From the NCBI RefSeq assembly GCF_021028975.2, contig NC_059430.1, positions 24,490,001 to 24,554,000 of the forward strand: DNA of 64,000 nucleotides, given 5' to 3'. A model generated the notes under the pieces. That model had not been told where the DNA came from. It did not search any database and saw only the letters and a list, made by a program, of their open reading frames with translations. The DNA is from Sphaerodactylus townsendi (lineage: Eukaryota). Shown here piece after piece: positions 31,010 through 45,156 of this stretch. Every line of letters starts with the position of its first letter. Position 1 is the first letter of the stretch. A program made the position numbers and the translations under genes.

Positions 31010-33945
31010 CCTCCAGCCCAGGATCTTAATGCTCAACACCCCCTTTCTAAGTAACTCCAAGGACTACAGATCACTCTGACGTATTGTCTGTAAACCACAC
31101 CTGTAAGAGATTAACTGCTGAAGAGGAAAACCTCAGGCTATTCCAGACTCAGTTGCTGCCAGCAAGAGTCATTGTAAGTAGCAACAAATGCACAAGACGT
31201 TGCTTTCCCTACAGCAAGGCTGTAATCTCCTGGGCTTTCAGTCAGCAGAACTTCCTTTATATGCAACATATGAAAGAAATAGTGGTCGTACCACCAGTAC
31301 AGCTTAGTTATGTACATACCTGAGAATGCCTCCTACTGTGAAACAACAAGCTATCGGGATATTAAAAGACGTTAGCATTACACCGACATGTTTATTTCAG
31401 AAGAGTAACCACATCAATCTATTGCCGCAAAACCCTGAAAGACTAATGCACTTATTGTGGTTTGAGCTTTCATAGAACAAAGCCTGCACTGACCAATGTT
31501 TGAAGTGGGCTGGATGGTTGGTAGAATTCTCTAGTGTTTCTTAAGTGCAATGCTGCATTTATAACACGTTCCTAAAATAACGTACCACATTCTCACTAGC
31601 GCTTCACTGCTGGACAGGAGGGGCTCTGTGCATTTCTAGTGGTAGGTGGATGTTTAATCAGTTTTTAGAGATCAATTCTAAGCTAGTTTGTTGACGACTG
31701 AATGGAGGAGGCACCCTCCTTGGGGACCCATAAAATTGGACTCCCCTGGCCCAATCTTCACCAAACTTGGGGTTTCTTGTGAGGAGAGTCAGCTACAGCT
31801 ACACTGCAAATTTGGTGGCTCTACCTTAAAAAGGTGGTCCCCACCCCATCCCTATAAAGATTTCTCATGATTGGGATTCAGCTCTTTTCAGATTTTCTGG
31901 GGGGGGGGGGATTAGGTCTATTAAATCAAATTCAAAAAATACCCCCCAAATGGTGCACACTCCTATTAGGAACCTTAACTACCCTGGCAACCAGCCCCTA
32001 CTCCTCTGTGCAATTCTAGGGCTGAGAAACCAATTCAGATTTTGACCAATAAGGGCAAGCTCAAATTACCAAAATGTTGACAATACACAGAACAGTAAGA
32101 ATGGACAAATGCACCATCTTGGCACTCTAACCACTTTTACTTCTTCCTCTGAAACAAATGTTGATGTCTCCCAACCCATTTCCACATGCAGAGTGATATC
32201 TGAGGTCTAGTTCTCAAATGGGAAAAAAAAACTAATGATAAACAAGGAGTCTGGAATCTACAGCAAAAAACTTCCCTTTTTGTGGACAAGTATTCCAAAA
32301 TTTTGCAATAAACACTACAAATGGTTTTATGATTGATGTAGCATGCAACTGAAGGTCACATCTCATGTTAAATTTGCAGCAAAGGCTATTTCCACATGAC
32401 TAGGGTATGGAGGAGCCCTGCAGTTTCTCCCTTGATGGGAAGAAGGTAACATGGGAGGAGGCCTCTAGTGTCCCCATTGAAGGACTAAGCTTTGACATTT
32501 CACACTCGTTCATCAACTTCTTATATCCACATTTTGACAAGGTATGCAAGGTTGCCAACCTCTGGGTGAGGCCTGGAGATCTCCTGGAACTACAATTCCA
32601 AGCATCAGCGATTCATTCCTCTGGCTGCTTTGGAGGGTGAACTCTAAAGCATTATACCCTGACTTCGACACTCCCCAAACTTTGCCATATCTCCAGGCTC
32701 CATCCCTAAGTGTTCAGGAAATTCCAAATCAGGAATTAGCAACTCTTAGGCATTACAGCTTGGCCTGCAACTGTTACCTGCTTGCACTGTTCCAGATGTC
32801 TCCTTGATAGGGATACTAAACAGTGGCCAACAGGCAACAGTTGCAGGTCAAGCAGTAATGCCTAAGAACCCATGTGAATCATACAGCACCCTATCTGTGT
32901 CAGTGTACCAGAACAGTCCTCCATCAGTCATCCATTAAGTAGGCGGACCAATGCAGGGGAGCAGGAGAAACAAATGTGCCATGTCTCTTCTTGTTCACAA
33001 TGCCAAAAAAAAAAAAAACCCCTGATGCTAATCTACCCCTGTCTCACAGCTCAGATGCCTTTTTGTGCCTAAGCCCCTTATAATGGTTTTACTAAAATCC
33101 CCTTTTGATGGGGAAAAAAAATCCCAGCTGGAAGTTTCAGGCAACACCACAATGTGCAAGTCTGCAGGTCTCTTTCCCTGGTCTCACAAAGGCCTCTAAT
33201 CGAGTGGAAAATTTGCTAGAGACCAGAAGTTTGCGCCTGCAATTATTTTTAAGGGATTATCAGGAGAGAATGGGAGGTGCTTAGTACTTTCTCTCTTCCC
33301 TTTCGGTGTCTGTGTATTACCCTATGTTGCTTTTGGATAGATTTAGCTAGAAGTCTCAGCTGCTGCAGCTGGAGAACCAGCAATTGCCTCACCTCTCTTT
33401 CTTCAAAAAGAAGCCGGAACTCCAAATCTGAAACGGGCCCTGCTTGAAAATGGGGCTGTAAATATCACATAGCTCTGCTACAGGTGTTGACATCAGCATT
33501 CTGATCAGCAGATATTCAACATGCAAAGTAATATACACAATGATGGGAAAAAGGACACAGGGACAGAGTCAGGGCTCAGCCTAGCTAGTCTGAGGATGAG
33601 ACTGCTATAGCTTAAACAAATTCGTCAGGTTGGCTCTAAAGTTTATGGGCTTTTCACACTTGTTATGACAAGGGATGTTCATACTTGTCCAAGTGTCTTC
33701 CTACAGTCTCTCTTGCAAAATGCTTGTTTCTGTCATAGGACCATCCAAACAAAACATGTTGAATGCTGCTGTTAACAGCGTGTGTTTGCGTACATTCACC
33801 CACCAAGTGGGAACTACATTGCTTTATATGTGTTCTGGGTGGGCATCCTGACAATCATTGAGGCTATGGAGTTTGCTGGATGTTATGATTAGTATAGCCA
33901 TCCTTTCTTCCTAGTCCAACAACCCTGGCATTTTTTTGGGGGAAA

Positions 33946-34203
33946 GAAGAAGAGTTTGGATTTATACCCTGCTTTTCTCAACACCTTTCCTCTTCCTCAT
34001 AGGCACCTTGCAAGGAAGGTGGAGCCAAAAATGTTCTGAGAGAACTCTGACTTGTCCAAGATCTCCAGCTAGCTTTATGTGTAGAAGTGGGGAAACAAAC
34101 CTGGTTCACCAGATAAGAGTCTGCTGCTCATGTGAAGGAGTGGGGAATCCAACCCGGTTCTCCAGATTAGAGTCCTACACTCTTAACCGCTACACTGTGC
34201 TAG
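33946..34203 (-). mobile_element. tRNA-derived SINE (Squam3-like)
   Basis: Reverse complement of the family at 50628-50948, with (CTT)n tail. Confidence 0.8.
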
Positions 34204-37097
34204 TTGTTTATATCCTGCTTATTCTTGGGCAGCCAAGGAATTCAAACACTTCTCTGCAGGAAGTCTTGGAACTTGTAAGTGTCAGTAGCTGCCTACTTTA
34301 CAGCAATACCATGGGAGACTCTGATGCGGAAAACATAGCCAGCTATTCACATAGCCAGCTTCTTTGTTGCATGTGCAAGGGATTGTGTTATGGGTTTTGC
34401 AACATCACCACAATGTTCCTGCCATTGCAAATTATTGATTGATAACTTCCTTGTATGGTACTGTCTGTCACTGGTGCTCAATGTCATAATTAGAGGGTGG
34501 TAGCAGAATTGCTAGAGTGGTTCTTGGAATTGCTACATTATCACTTATTGCTGCTGGCATTTTTAGCTTTTCCTTTTTGCTGCTGGACATGCACGCCACC
34601 GTGACTGTGTTATGCCACTGTTAGGATTGGCCAACCCTTCCATTACAAAGCAAGGTCCAGCAGCTTTAGTTGTGATAGATCATCTGCCTCACATAGAGAC
34701 GGACCTCTACCTGAGACTTGGAAGCGTTGCTGCTAGTTAGAGTAAACCAATATGATATGATACCAGTTTGGTTCCTTGTCTGTTGCTGCTGTTGAAAGGT
34801 TCAAATAATACAAATATATTTCATAGGTGAAGCTCATGGCTGTAATCTATTAATTGGTCCTCTGCAATTATCGAAAAGCAGGAATATTCAAATGCCTTTT
34901 TCTTACTTACCAGCCTCTCTTTCAGCGCCAGCTCCAACTATCTTGGAACCTCTGCAAGGAAAATTAGCTCTTTTGAAATCCCATCCCCTTCATTGGTTGC
35001 AAAGACTGCCACTCTACAGTCTCCTATTGAAGAAACAGCATCCCCAACACTTTTAGAGAAGGGAGAGAACAGAACAGAAAAATAAGGGATATACGCTCAG
35101 ATGCCCACTTTCTTCTGTGATGGCAGTTTAACAAGAAGAGTATGTGTGTTTTCCTACCTTAACCCAGCTGATCTTGCCATGTAGATTCATGATATGGCAA
35201 CCTCAGGGCTATACTATTGTATCATACTCTGCAAAGAAAACATGGAAACTCCAGGTAGTGCACAACACCACAGATTAAGCACTATTGGGCAGTAAGCATA
35301 TTGCACTGATCTGCAACCACTCCATTAGCTCCTGATTAGTTTCCCAGTCCAATTCAAGGTAGTAGTTATTATGCACAAAGTCCTTCATGGTCTAGAACCA
35401 TCATATCTACAGGACCACTGATATTTCCTTGATATTTTCCACTGAGACATCTTTCCTGATCTATTTGAATTGTCAGTAATCAGGTAGAGATTGGGTATAC
35501 AAATCGAATAATACAATACAATACAATACAATGATAGGTGAATTGCAGATTTTAGGTCCTCTAATTTGGTGCATATGAATGGGAGTCTCTATCTAAAATT
35601 GCCCTTGCAGCACCCAGAGGAAGTATGTAGAGTGAGACAAATTGAGGTTACAGAGTCCTAAAAAAAGTCTAAAGGTTGGGAAGAAAAAAACACTTCAAAA
35701 GGCAGAGAGAAAGACAGGAAGAAAACAAGAAAAGGGAATGTTTCAAAGCTACTGGGTAAGATTGTGCCTACTCTACGTTCAAAACTATTCTGTCCCAATG
35801 AAAATTCAGTACCCAAATTATGCACCAATAAAGGCTGAATTCTACGTCTTGTGTATATTTATGCAATTTGAGCAATTTAAATTTTTACATATAGGATTCC
35901 AATTCTGCTAATTATGGGACTAGACTAGAAGCTACGTAAACCACAAAACAAACCATAGGAAATCTAATTCAGCAGCCCTTCTGGCTTAATTTTGGCAGGT
36001 ATGCCCCCTATGTTTTAAATATTATCTTTCATAAGGATTTTTTTAAATTAAAAAAAATGAAACCTGATTTTAAAAAAATACATTGAAAATTCTGTAAGAA
36101 CCAGCAGAATTCTGCAATGACACTATATTTTCCAGTAACATTCTTAATATTCATACAACTTTGCCAATAATAGAGATATAACTGATAGAGATATAACTGA
36201 TTGGAAAATCAAACTTGGGTAGGTAAGAATGAGGAAGATACTTTTCAAACTCACGCTGTATTCTGAATTCAGAAACTCCGTCGCAGTTTATATGCTATTT
36301 TGTTCTCTTTTCAAATTTGTTTTATTTCACATTGTTGTAAAGTCACTTTGTGTGTTCAGTGGATGAAAAGCTTCCATGCATGTGTGTACACATATATAAA
36401 TAAAATAAAGATACACAGAGAAGGGAAGCTACCACAAGTTACTGCACAAACCTAAATATATTGGAAGCTATTTAATTTATTAAAGAATTTAGTAAAATTA
36501 AAATGTACTACAAATAATGCTAGGCACATACATTCTTATCAGCCTTCCCATGGTCTTTGCAATAATCGCCCATCTTTGTGGAAGTCATGGGGGATTAATT
36601 CTTATCAAGCAATTGTATAGCAAAATACAAAACATGGAGGTCTGCCAGCCCCCTAAAGGATGAAAAGAAACTCTCATTATCGGAACCTTGGGTGTGTTTC
36701 CCTGGTCCTAATTGTATGCCAAACCCATGGCCAAAACAGACATTCCTGAGGGAAGTACCATAATAGTTCAGAGATGCCAGACGTCCAAGTACCACCTACA
36801 TGTTTGTGGAAAAGTTACTGAGCAAGCCCAAAACAGGTGTTCCTCCCTGAAGTGTATAACCTGGGCTGGCATTCAGAGAGCCACTCCCAAAGGACAGGAA
36901 CTGCCGTTCTCAGCACTGAGACTTTCTTCCATGCAGCCAGGGCAGGATCATGTCCAAACCATAAGCACTGGAACAGGTTATATCAGTTGAGAAATAGACT
37001 GGGGGGAAATGATGCACACATGTTGTTCTTTTGCAGAGTGACTCTTCCTTTTGCGGGGTGAACATGGAAATCATTTTAATTAATAACAGTTATTAAG

Positions 37098-37188
37098 GTT
37101 GCAATCCTATGTATGCTTATCTGGAAGTATGCCCCATTGAATTAAATGGGAATTACTTCTGAGAAAACCCACATAGGACAATTGCAGT
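37098..37188. repeat. ~85-bp palindromic repeat family GCAATCCTA...TAGGATTGC (also ~13696-13775, 13783-13870, 22010-22095, 43365-43450, 43460-43545)
   Basis: Imperfect hairpins with shared termini and a CCCATTGA/TCAATGGG-like centre at several loci. Confidence 0.65.
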
Positions 37189-38059
37189 GAAAATGTCAAG
37201 ATCCCAATGTACGCCACCTTCCACACTTGGCCAAAATCCAGGCACGTTACAATATATCTTCTGGACGAGTTGTTAATGACCTCTAATGTAAAGGACCCCT
37301 CTCTACTTTTGGAAAACCAGTAACCAGGCAGGAAAGTAGCAAGGGTTTTAAGGAGGTCAGACTTTATTATGAAATATAACATTAACAAATCTGAACATTT
37401 GGCATTTAAAAATATCAGCTTCTGTATACAGGTCATATAGATTCTGCAGCTGGAGTTTAAAAAAACATAGAAAATATATACGCCGTGGACATTTAATCAT
37501 TTAAAATCATTTTATCACAGTATTTTTAAATACAGAGAGGGGGGAGGGATTGTGATGTCACAGTTGCCAACCATTCAGTGTTATGCCCAACTAGCACCTG
37601 CTGCATGCTAGAGGGGGGGAAAGCTTTTTTCCCATTTTGACCCTAGAAAAGAACGGGTACATTTGAAGAAAGCTTGGCAGCTCCATTTCTCAAATAAATC
37701 CAAATGCAGGCAGTTAGCAAATGTAGCTCTTCTGCTTAGTACTTTTAGCCCTCCTGCTCTCCATCTGTAATTGCTTCGTTCGTGCATCAACCGTACCTCC
37801 AAGAAGCACCCAGTTCCTGTATCTCCCAGGCCTGAATGAGCTACTCAGCTTTAACTCACCTAGTTCCTGAATCCAATTTAGACTTCTACAACCTGGGTCA
37901 TGCCTTCCTCCCCTGCCTTCCGTAACCTATCATGAGTCCTCTATTTATGCTCTTGTGACTGACCCAAATCTGATAACAATTCATTGCTCTTGAGTAGGGC
38001 AGCCCATTTCCCTGGCTTACAGTGCAATGCAGAACAGAATTAAACCTTCCTTAATTATT

Positions 38060-38335
38060 TTTTTAATTTTCTGTAAAAAAAATAGAAGAAAGAAAAAACT
38101 TAAGAATATGCATAAATAAAAATATATAATAACAGCAGTGGTGGATCTAGACATAAGTTTCCCTAAATGATTTCCAAATATCTAAAAACAAGTCCATGTG
38201 CAAGTGTCGTCTATATGAGCAATGGCCATTCAAATATTGATAGCGTTCTAAGGTCCTCAATCCACTGATTGGCCAGAGGTGAGCTTTTATCTTTCCAGTG
38301 CTGTAATATGTTTTTTTTTAACCGTGGTAATGGCA
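38060..38335 (-). mobile_element. L1/Tx1-like LINE 3'-end fragment
   Basis: KKNILQHWKDKSSPLANQWIEDL resembles an L1 ORF2 C-terminus, followed by a T-rich 3' UTR and A-rich tail. Confidence 0.55.
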
Positions 38336-39887
38336 GATAGACTCTGACAGACCTTTGCTTGGCCCTGCACTGTGAATCTTGACATCCTTGTGCCATATAC
38401 AGATATAAGTCAGTTGTGACAGCTCATGGATTTAGCTGCACCCATAGTTGTCCTGACCAACCGGAAAGAGTGCTTGCAACTTTCTATGTATTTCATGGCC
38501 CTTGCATATGAAACTTCAGCTGGTTCACACATATATCTGTGTCACTTAAATACTCAGCACATGTGAACTACTGAAAGGCAATGCCTTTGAGATGATGTAA
38601 AATAATATGAAAGTGTCACGTATGCTGTTTGATCTATGACATCTCATTCATACGTACTAGGTAATTTGATGCCGCATTCATGTGTAAACTGGCACTTTCT
38701 TGGTTTGGAATCCTGATCAGTTAATCCTATTACTGGTATAGTCAGGTCATAATGTTTTTAAACAATTACGATGTTGTCTTTAAATGAGCCCCTATTAGAA
38801 GTTACTGGATCTGAAGGCATAAAATGCCTTTTAAAAAAAACAACAACCTTAGACAGGGTTGACAGAAGCCACCCACTGCTTATATTGGGTTTCAAGCAGA
38901 GGTGAAATGGGGTTCAGGGGAGGCCTGTGATTTTACAGGCTTTATTTTTGTAGATAAGCAGGGCTGCAGGAGAAAAACCTATGTCAATATGAATCCTATG
39001 GAAAATATTGCTCTTGTAGGCAGAAGAGAGGCTGGTTATGTTTGTGTATTCAGGCACTGTATATATGAAGATATTTTTGAAGCCTCTATACTTAGCCATT
39101 GTGGTTTAGATCTTTTCCAGGCCAGGGATAATTGTGTAAGCATGTAGTCAGCACTGGCCAAATGGGGACTTTCAAAGTGTGCAATCATTGCCAATTCTGT
39201 GGAGGGAAAGAAGGTTTTACATTTGAGAGAGGTGTAACCCAAGACCCAATTATTAAAAAAGAAACGCCACAACCCCACAACGACTGAACCAAGCCAGTTC
39301 TCCCACCATTATATATTCTCTTTAATATCTTGTTATATTGTTGGCTGCCTGATATCAGGATCTTGCCAACAAGTCAAGTCAGACTTCAGGGGCTACAGGA
39401 TGTGATGACGTAGGTGACTTAACGAATGGCTATACTTCCTGAGTCAGACCTGAATCAGTGCTACGGAATGATGTTAGGATGTGGTCTCTCCTTTCCTTAA
39501 GAGAATTTAGGACACTTGACCATCTGTGGTCTTAAGAACCAGAGTCAGTTTTCATGTCTGGTAGACGAAGAGATTGCAAACATGGCCAAATGCCTGCAGC
39601 GGTAATTATATTTAATCTTGCAAAGTTTTTCCTAAGGATGCATTGGAAAGAAAGTTCTATCTCATGTTCTTCCCAAGGACATTAGAGTTCACTAAGGAGT
39701 TATAAGTCAAAGAAGTGGATTTAACATGTCCTGTCCTGCACCTGCATAACAATATGCATCCTAGAATTACCAACTGCCTGGAGAAAGAAAATTGTCCTGT
39801 ACCTTTAGTAGAGGTTTAATGGGATTCACATTACCTGGGAATGTTATTTATCTCCATGCCATGAAAAACTTCAGTTGTTCAGGCTGG

Positions 39888-40183
39888 GGAGTCAGAATGG
39901 TGTAGTAATTAATAGCGGTTGACACTAATCTGGGAACCAGGTTTGATTCTCCACTCCTTTATATGAGCAGCAGACTCTTATCTGGTGAACTGGATGTGTT
40001 TCCTCACTCTTACACAGAAGGGCTGTGGGGGGCCTTGGGCCAATCACAGTTCTCTCAGACATCTTTCAGCCTCACCTGTCTCACAAGGTGTCTGTTGTGG
40101 GGACAAGAAAGGGAAGGAATTTGTAAGCTGCTTTGAGACTTCTCACAGGAGAGAAAAGCAAGGTATAAAACCAGACTCTTCTT
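39888..40183 (+). mobile_element. tRNA-derived SINE (Squam3-like)
   Basis: A box TGGTGTAGT, B box GGTTTGATTC, body shared with 50628-50948. Confidence 0.8.
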
Positions 40184-41779
40184 GTTGGCAACCTTATATC
40201 TAATCCATATAATCTGCACATAAAATGTTCACAAATTGGTGTCACTGAATATATTTCTCTGTTAGGGCCCAGAAAAAAAAAATGAGACTGCCAAGTCATC
40301 AAATCCAAATGCTGCCCCACCACTCTTTATGGTAAAATAAATTGAAAACATATTGCAAATTAGTTGCCATCTATGGATGGCAGCATCTTCATGGTTGGTA
40401 ACCTATGTCTAAATTAGCTAATATTTTCTCGAGATTACAGACTCATTTTAAATCCATAAATGATCAGTGAGCAAATTAATGAGCTATTACTTCAGATTGT
40501 TTAAGTACGATAAAGAAGGCTTATGCTCACCTATTAAAATCCAGCATTAACTCTCTTAGAAAGGTGGGGGGGGGGGGGGAGTCAAGAAACCAAGGCACAT
40601 TATCTCTATGGAAGGGTTGAAGGATCGAAACAAACCGTAGTAGAAGAGGGCATTAATCTCTCCCCGCTACCTTTTCCCATCTTAACATGCCCTAAATGCA
40701 GAAAACTGCAGAAGTACCTCTATATTCTGCCCATTTTCCAAGAGAAAAAAGAAGCTTCAAGAGGGGTATGGTTTGCGCTAGGAAAATAGAATGGAGGAAA
40801 GAATTATCCCTCCCCCCCCCCCACACACACACACAATTCCACTGCCATAGCTGAGTTGGAGGGTCCCTAAAGCTGTTCGGAGATAACTCCTAAATCTTCT
40901 TTATCAAATTGAGACGGTCTCAGTCCTATACATTTCAGTGGAATTCAGTTTCAAACAAGTATATTTAAGATTGCAGCTTTACACTCAGAAAACCAGTCAT
41001 GTAAACTGAAAATATTTTGCATGACATTTTCCAGCATCTCTCTGCAGCTGTTGTTAATATTTTATAAGAAAATAAGCCAATGGTGTAATAGCCAGCAGAC
41101 TGCTTGAAAGTTCCCTGAGAGAAGGGTTGCTGGGTCAGAAAAAAAAATCTCCTGTTCTTTTAATGGAGATGTAATGGGTGGAACAGGATAGTTATAGTTT
41201 TAGTATGAAATTATAAAACATCATCTGATGATTGCTTGCACGTCAACCTAATACTAAAGCATGGGCATCGCAAGGATGTGTGTGTGGGGGGGGCAGTGCA
41301 CTAGAGCCCCAGGCGCCACCTCCCACAGTCACATGGGGGCCCATTGCAGGGCCACCCCACTGTAGCCAGTTTCTCTGTAGTCTGAAGATGTAATTCTGGG
41401 AGATCTCCAGGCACCACCTGAAGGCTGGCAACCATATTTTCACATGAAAACTAGATGTGGCCAGGTGTCTCTTGAAGGCTGGAAGTACGGCACCTGCACG
41501 CACACATGAAATAATATTGCACAGACTTGGTGTTTACACCAATTGATATGGAACATTCTGTCAGGACTTGCTAGCTGCTGTACCCAAAACAAGACCTGAA
41601 GTGGGTGTCCTTCAGCCCTAAAGCCTCTGCAGTGAATTTTTGGAACTGGATCTGAAACTAAGGTTTGAGGTGGGTGGACCTCAGAATTCAGTGGGCTGGA
41701 TGTGGTGTTCTGTTGACCAAGAGGGGACAGAAGACCAAGCTCCTAGTATTTATTTATACTTGGTTTGGCCAAGTCTTAC

Positions 41780-42215
41780 TGCTTGCCAACTGTCCCTGTT
41801 TTCTCATGTCCACCCACACCTCTGACAAGAGACATGAAGAAGGGCCTGAGATAATGAATGTAGTGTCCAGATTGTGGGCGGGTGGTCCTTTAAGTACCCA
41901 GGTCCTAGGCCCCATAGAGCTTTATATGTCAAAATCACCACCTTGAACTGGGAGTAGAAACAAACAGTAAAGCTCATTCCGTACAGGGGCAATATGTTCC
42001 CTTTAGTCCATCCCAGATAGCAGTGTCATTGCTGTATTTTACTGAAACTGAAACTTCTGCTCTGACTTCAGGGGTAGTCGTATTTACAATACATTATTAC
42101 AGCAATCTAACTTGGAGTTGGCAAGAACTTGGATTGCTGAGGCCAAATCACACTTCCCAATGAAGGGTTAAGGTTGCTGAGATAGTCAATACTGACTGAA
42201 GACACTATATACCAC
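41780..42215 (-). mobile_element. Degenerate L2 LINE fragment
   Basis: Remnants SKLDCCN..RLPLKS and QFKVVILTYKALWGLGPGYLKDH are typical of the L2 ORF2 C-terminus. Confidence 0.75.
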
Positions 42216-42679
42216 AGCTAGACTTGCCAATCTCCAGGTGGTGGCTGGGAATCTCCCACTATTACATCTCCAGGTGACAGGGATCAATTCACCTGGAGAA
42301 AATGGCTGCTTTAGAAGTTGAACTCTATGGCATTATACCCCACTTAAGTCCCTCCCCAAACCTCACCCTCCTTAGGCTCCACTCCCAAAATATTTCCCAG
42401 GCTGCAAACCTCCTTCTTCTAGGGGCATAGGCCAATTCTATATCCCACCCTATGCAAACCCCCTCCTTCTAGGGGTATAGGCCAATTCCATATCCCACCC
42501 TATGCAAACCCTCTCCTTCTAGGGATATAGGCCAATTCCATATCCCACCCTATGCAAACCCCCTCCTTCTAGGGGTATAGGCCAATTCTATATCCCACCC
42601 TATGCAAACCCCCTCCTTCTAGGGGTATAGGCCAATTCCATATCCCACCCTATGCAAACCCTCTCCTAGGGATATAGGC

Positions 42680-42814
42680 CCATAGTGGCGAACCTATGGC
42701 ACTCCAGATGTTCATGGAATACAATTCCCATCAGCCCCAATTAGCCATGCTGGCAGGGGCTGATGGGAATTGTAGTTCATGAACATCTGGAGTGCCATAG
42801 GTTCGCTACCACTG
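42680..42814. mobile_element. Palindromic hAT-Charlie-type MITE
   Basis: Near-complete hairpin (GGCACTCCAGATGTT...AACATCTGGAGTGCC). TSD ATATAGGC/GTATAGGC. Confidence 0.85.
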
Positions 42815-42914
42815 GTATAGGCCAATTTCACATGCCACCCTATGCAAATCCCCTCCTTCTAGGGGTATAGGACAATTCCATATCCCACCCTATGCAAATC
42901 CCCTCCTTCTAGGG

Positions 42915-43060
42915 CTGTGGTGGTGAACCTTTGGCACTCCAGATGTTATGGACTACAATTCCCATCAGCCCCTGCCAGCATGGCCAGTTGGCCATGGTGG
43001 CAGGGGGTGATGGGAATTGTAGTCCATAACATCTGGAGTGCCAAAGGTTCGCCACCACTG
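42915..43060. mobile_element. Palindromic hAT-Charlie-type MITE
   Basis: Same family as 42680-42814. Perfect 8-bp TSD TTCTAGGG (42907-42914, 43061-43068). Confidence 0.88.
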
Positions 43061-45156
43061 TTCTAGGGGTATAGGCCAATTCCATATCCCACCCTATGCA
43101 AATCCCCTCCTTCTAGGGGTATAGGCCAATTCCATATCTCACCCTATGCAAACCTCCTCCTTATAGCGGCATGGGTAAATTCCATATCACACCCCAGTGC
43201 CAACCAACAATATCTCAAGGCTTAGCACAATTGAGCTTTTAAACATATCTGTATAATATCTTCAGGAATGCATTCAAAATATTTTAAAATCTTGGGTTGT
43301 TATCTTGATAGATATGCATAATTTCATATGAATATTGCATTAAAGGAAAAAGGCTAGACATGGGCAGAAATCCTAAGAACATTTGCTCTACAGTAGGTCC
43401 CAGTGACCAAAACCAGATTTACTTCTGAGGGAACCTGCTTAGGATTGCTCGCAAAGACAGCAAACCTAGGCATGTCTACTCAGAATAATACTTGGGTCTA
43501 TTCAGAGGAACATATTCCCAGGAAAGTATATTTAGGACTGGAGCCTTAATGTACTTAACTTATTTGATCAAGCTTCATTGGATTCATTATTGACTCACTG
43601 GTAGGCCTGCTCTGACCTGAATGGCCCAGCCTAGCTTGAATTTAGTTGGCCCTAGTTAGTATTTAGATGGGAGATCAGTCACTAGCAAACTACCTCTGTT
43701 CATTTCTGCCTGAAAAACTCTACAGGGTCAAAATAAATTGGCTATGACTTCACTTCACCTTACACAAACACACACAGGGAAGCATTTCACTTTGTAGAGA
43801 TACACTGTGTTTTGGCTTGTCTGGTCTATAATAAATACAACTAAATCTTATATTTAAAAAGTTTTTTAAGTGAATTGAACTATATACAATAATAAACACT
43901 TTTTAAAAAAACCACAATTATGGTCAATTTACAAACACACCTGTTTCAAGAGCCAGCACAAGATTATTGAGGGGTAAATGCAACCAACGAACTGATGCAT
44001 GGTGCATTCAGCCAGCAGTCCTTAATGCAAGAACAGAAATATTATTATTCTATAACTGGGTCCCTATTTGCATCTGTTGAAATGCTGAAGGGTATGCAAT
44101 CTACAAACGATTACGCTGTACATAGGTATTCCCTACTGTATTTAAAGACAGCACTAATATCTGTGTGCAACTATGGGTAGTTCATCAAGGTAGGTTCTAG
44201 TCACCGGCCATCATATTCCTAGTTCATTCTCCAGTAAGAATCCCCCCAAAGAATACAGGCATACTATAAATATGAAAGCGGAATTCTGTTTTCAAAACAT
44301 ACTCTTAGATTATGCAAAATAAACAGCATTTTCCAAATTATATAGAAAACATGCTCTCTAGAATTTAAATCCTAGAATACTGAAACAAAAAGAAAATCCA
44401 CACCTGATCACTAGACGGTACTTTACCATGTAGCGGTCCCAAGTCTTGCACTCTCAAACCCCTTTATTATAGTAGAGAACCCTTTTACTCATTCCTGCTT
44501 CTCGGGTTGTCAAGTAATGGGTATTTCACAACATACGACAATGAAGTACAAAAAGGTTCCCTCCTTAAACCATTATCTTGTTAAAAAGCCTTAGAAAACA
44601 TTTGGAGCAATATAATTCATGCTGGAAATGAGCCAAGTCACAAAATACCCTTGGAATTTTAATTGCCCTGATCCCTAGTTTTATTTACTATTTGAAGGGT
44701 AGCTCTAGCAGTCCAGGGTCTATATAATTCTACAAAAGGATGCTGAGTTAGTATTAACTTGCAGGGCAAAAAAGCCACCACCGACTGAGTCACCACCCAA
44801 GTAGCAGCGAGCTACTTCCTGTAGCCTTAAGGGGTGTCCCTGGAAGATTCTCCCACAAAGTAGTTAACCCCATCAGTTCTTCCTGAGCTGACAATTGTAT
44901 GATAGACAGAAAACAAAACCCAGAAAGGATTTTTTTGGAGAAAAAACACTGTTTAGTTCTAATTCTCAATCTTCATCACAAATTGCACTCATGCATATAT
45001 ACACAATCACTCTCAAATCATACCATACTTGGAGCTCAAGTACTCTGTGATGTATATCTCCATCAATAACTGAGGCATCAATAAATGATGTACTGACCAG
45101 AGAAAGAAAGGTATTTTTAGACGGTAAAGATTAAAGTTAGCAGCCACTAAAAGATA

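Larger units (their letters stand above)
42403..43192. repeat. 50-bp minisatellite (~10 units) interrupted by two MITEs
   Basis: Unit TATGCAAACCCCCTCCTTCTAGGGGTATAGGCCAATTCCATATCCCACCC, period 50 (e.g. 42551, 42601). Confidence 0.93.

Noticed and set aside
42403-43192. CRISPR-like repeat/spacer appearance
   Set aside because: Vertebrate DNA. The units are contiguous tandem repeats and the two 'spacers' are MITEs with TIRs and TSDs.
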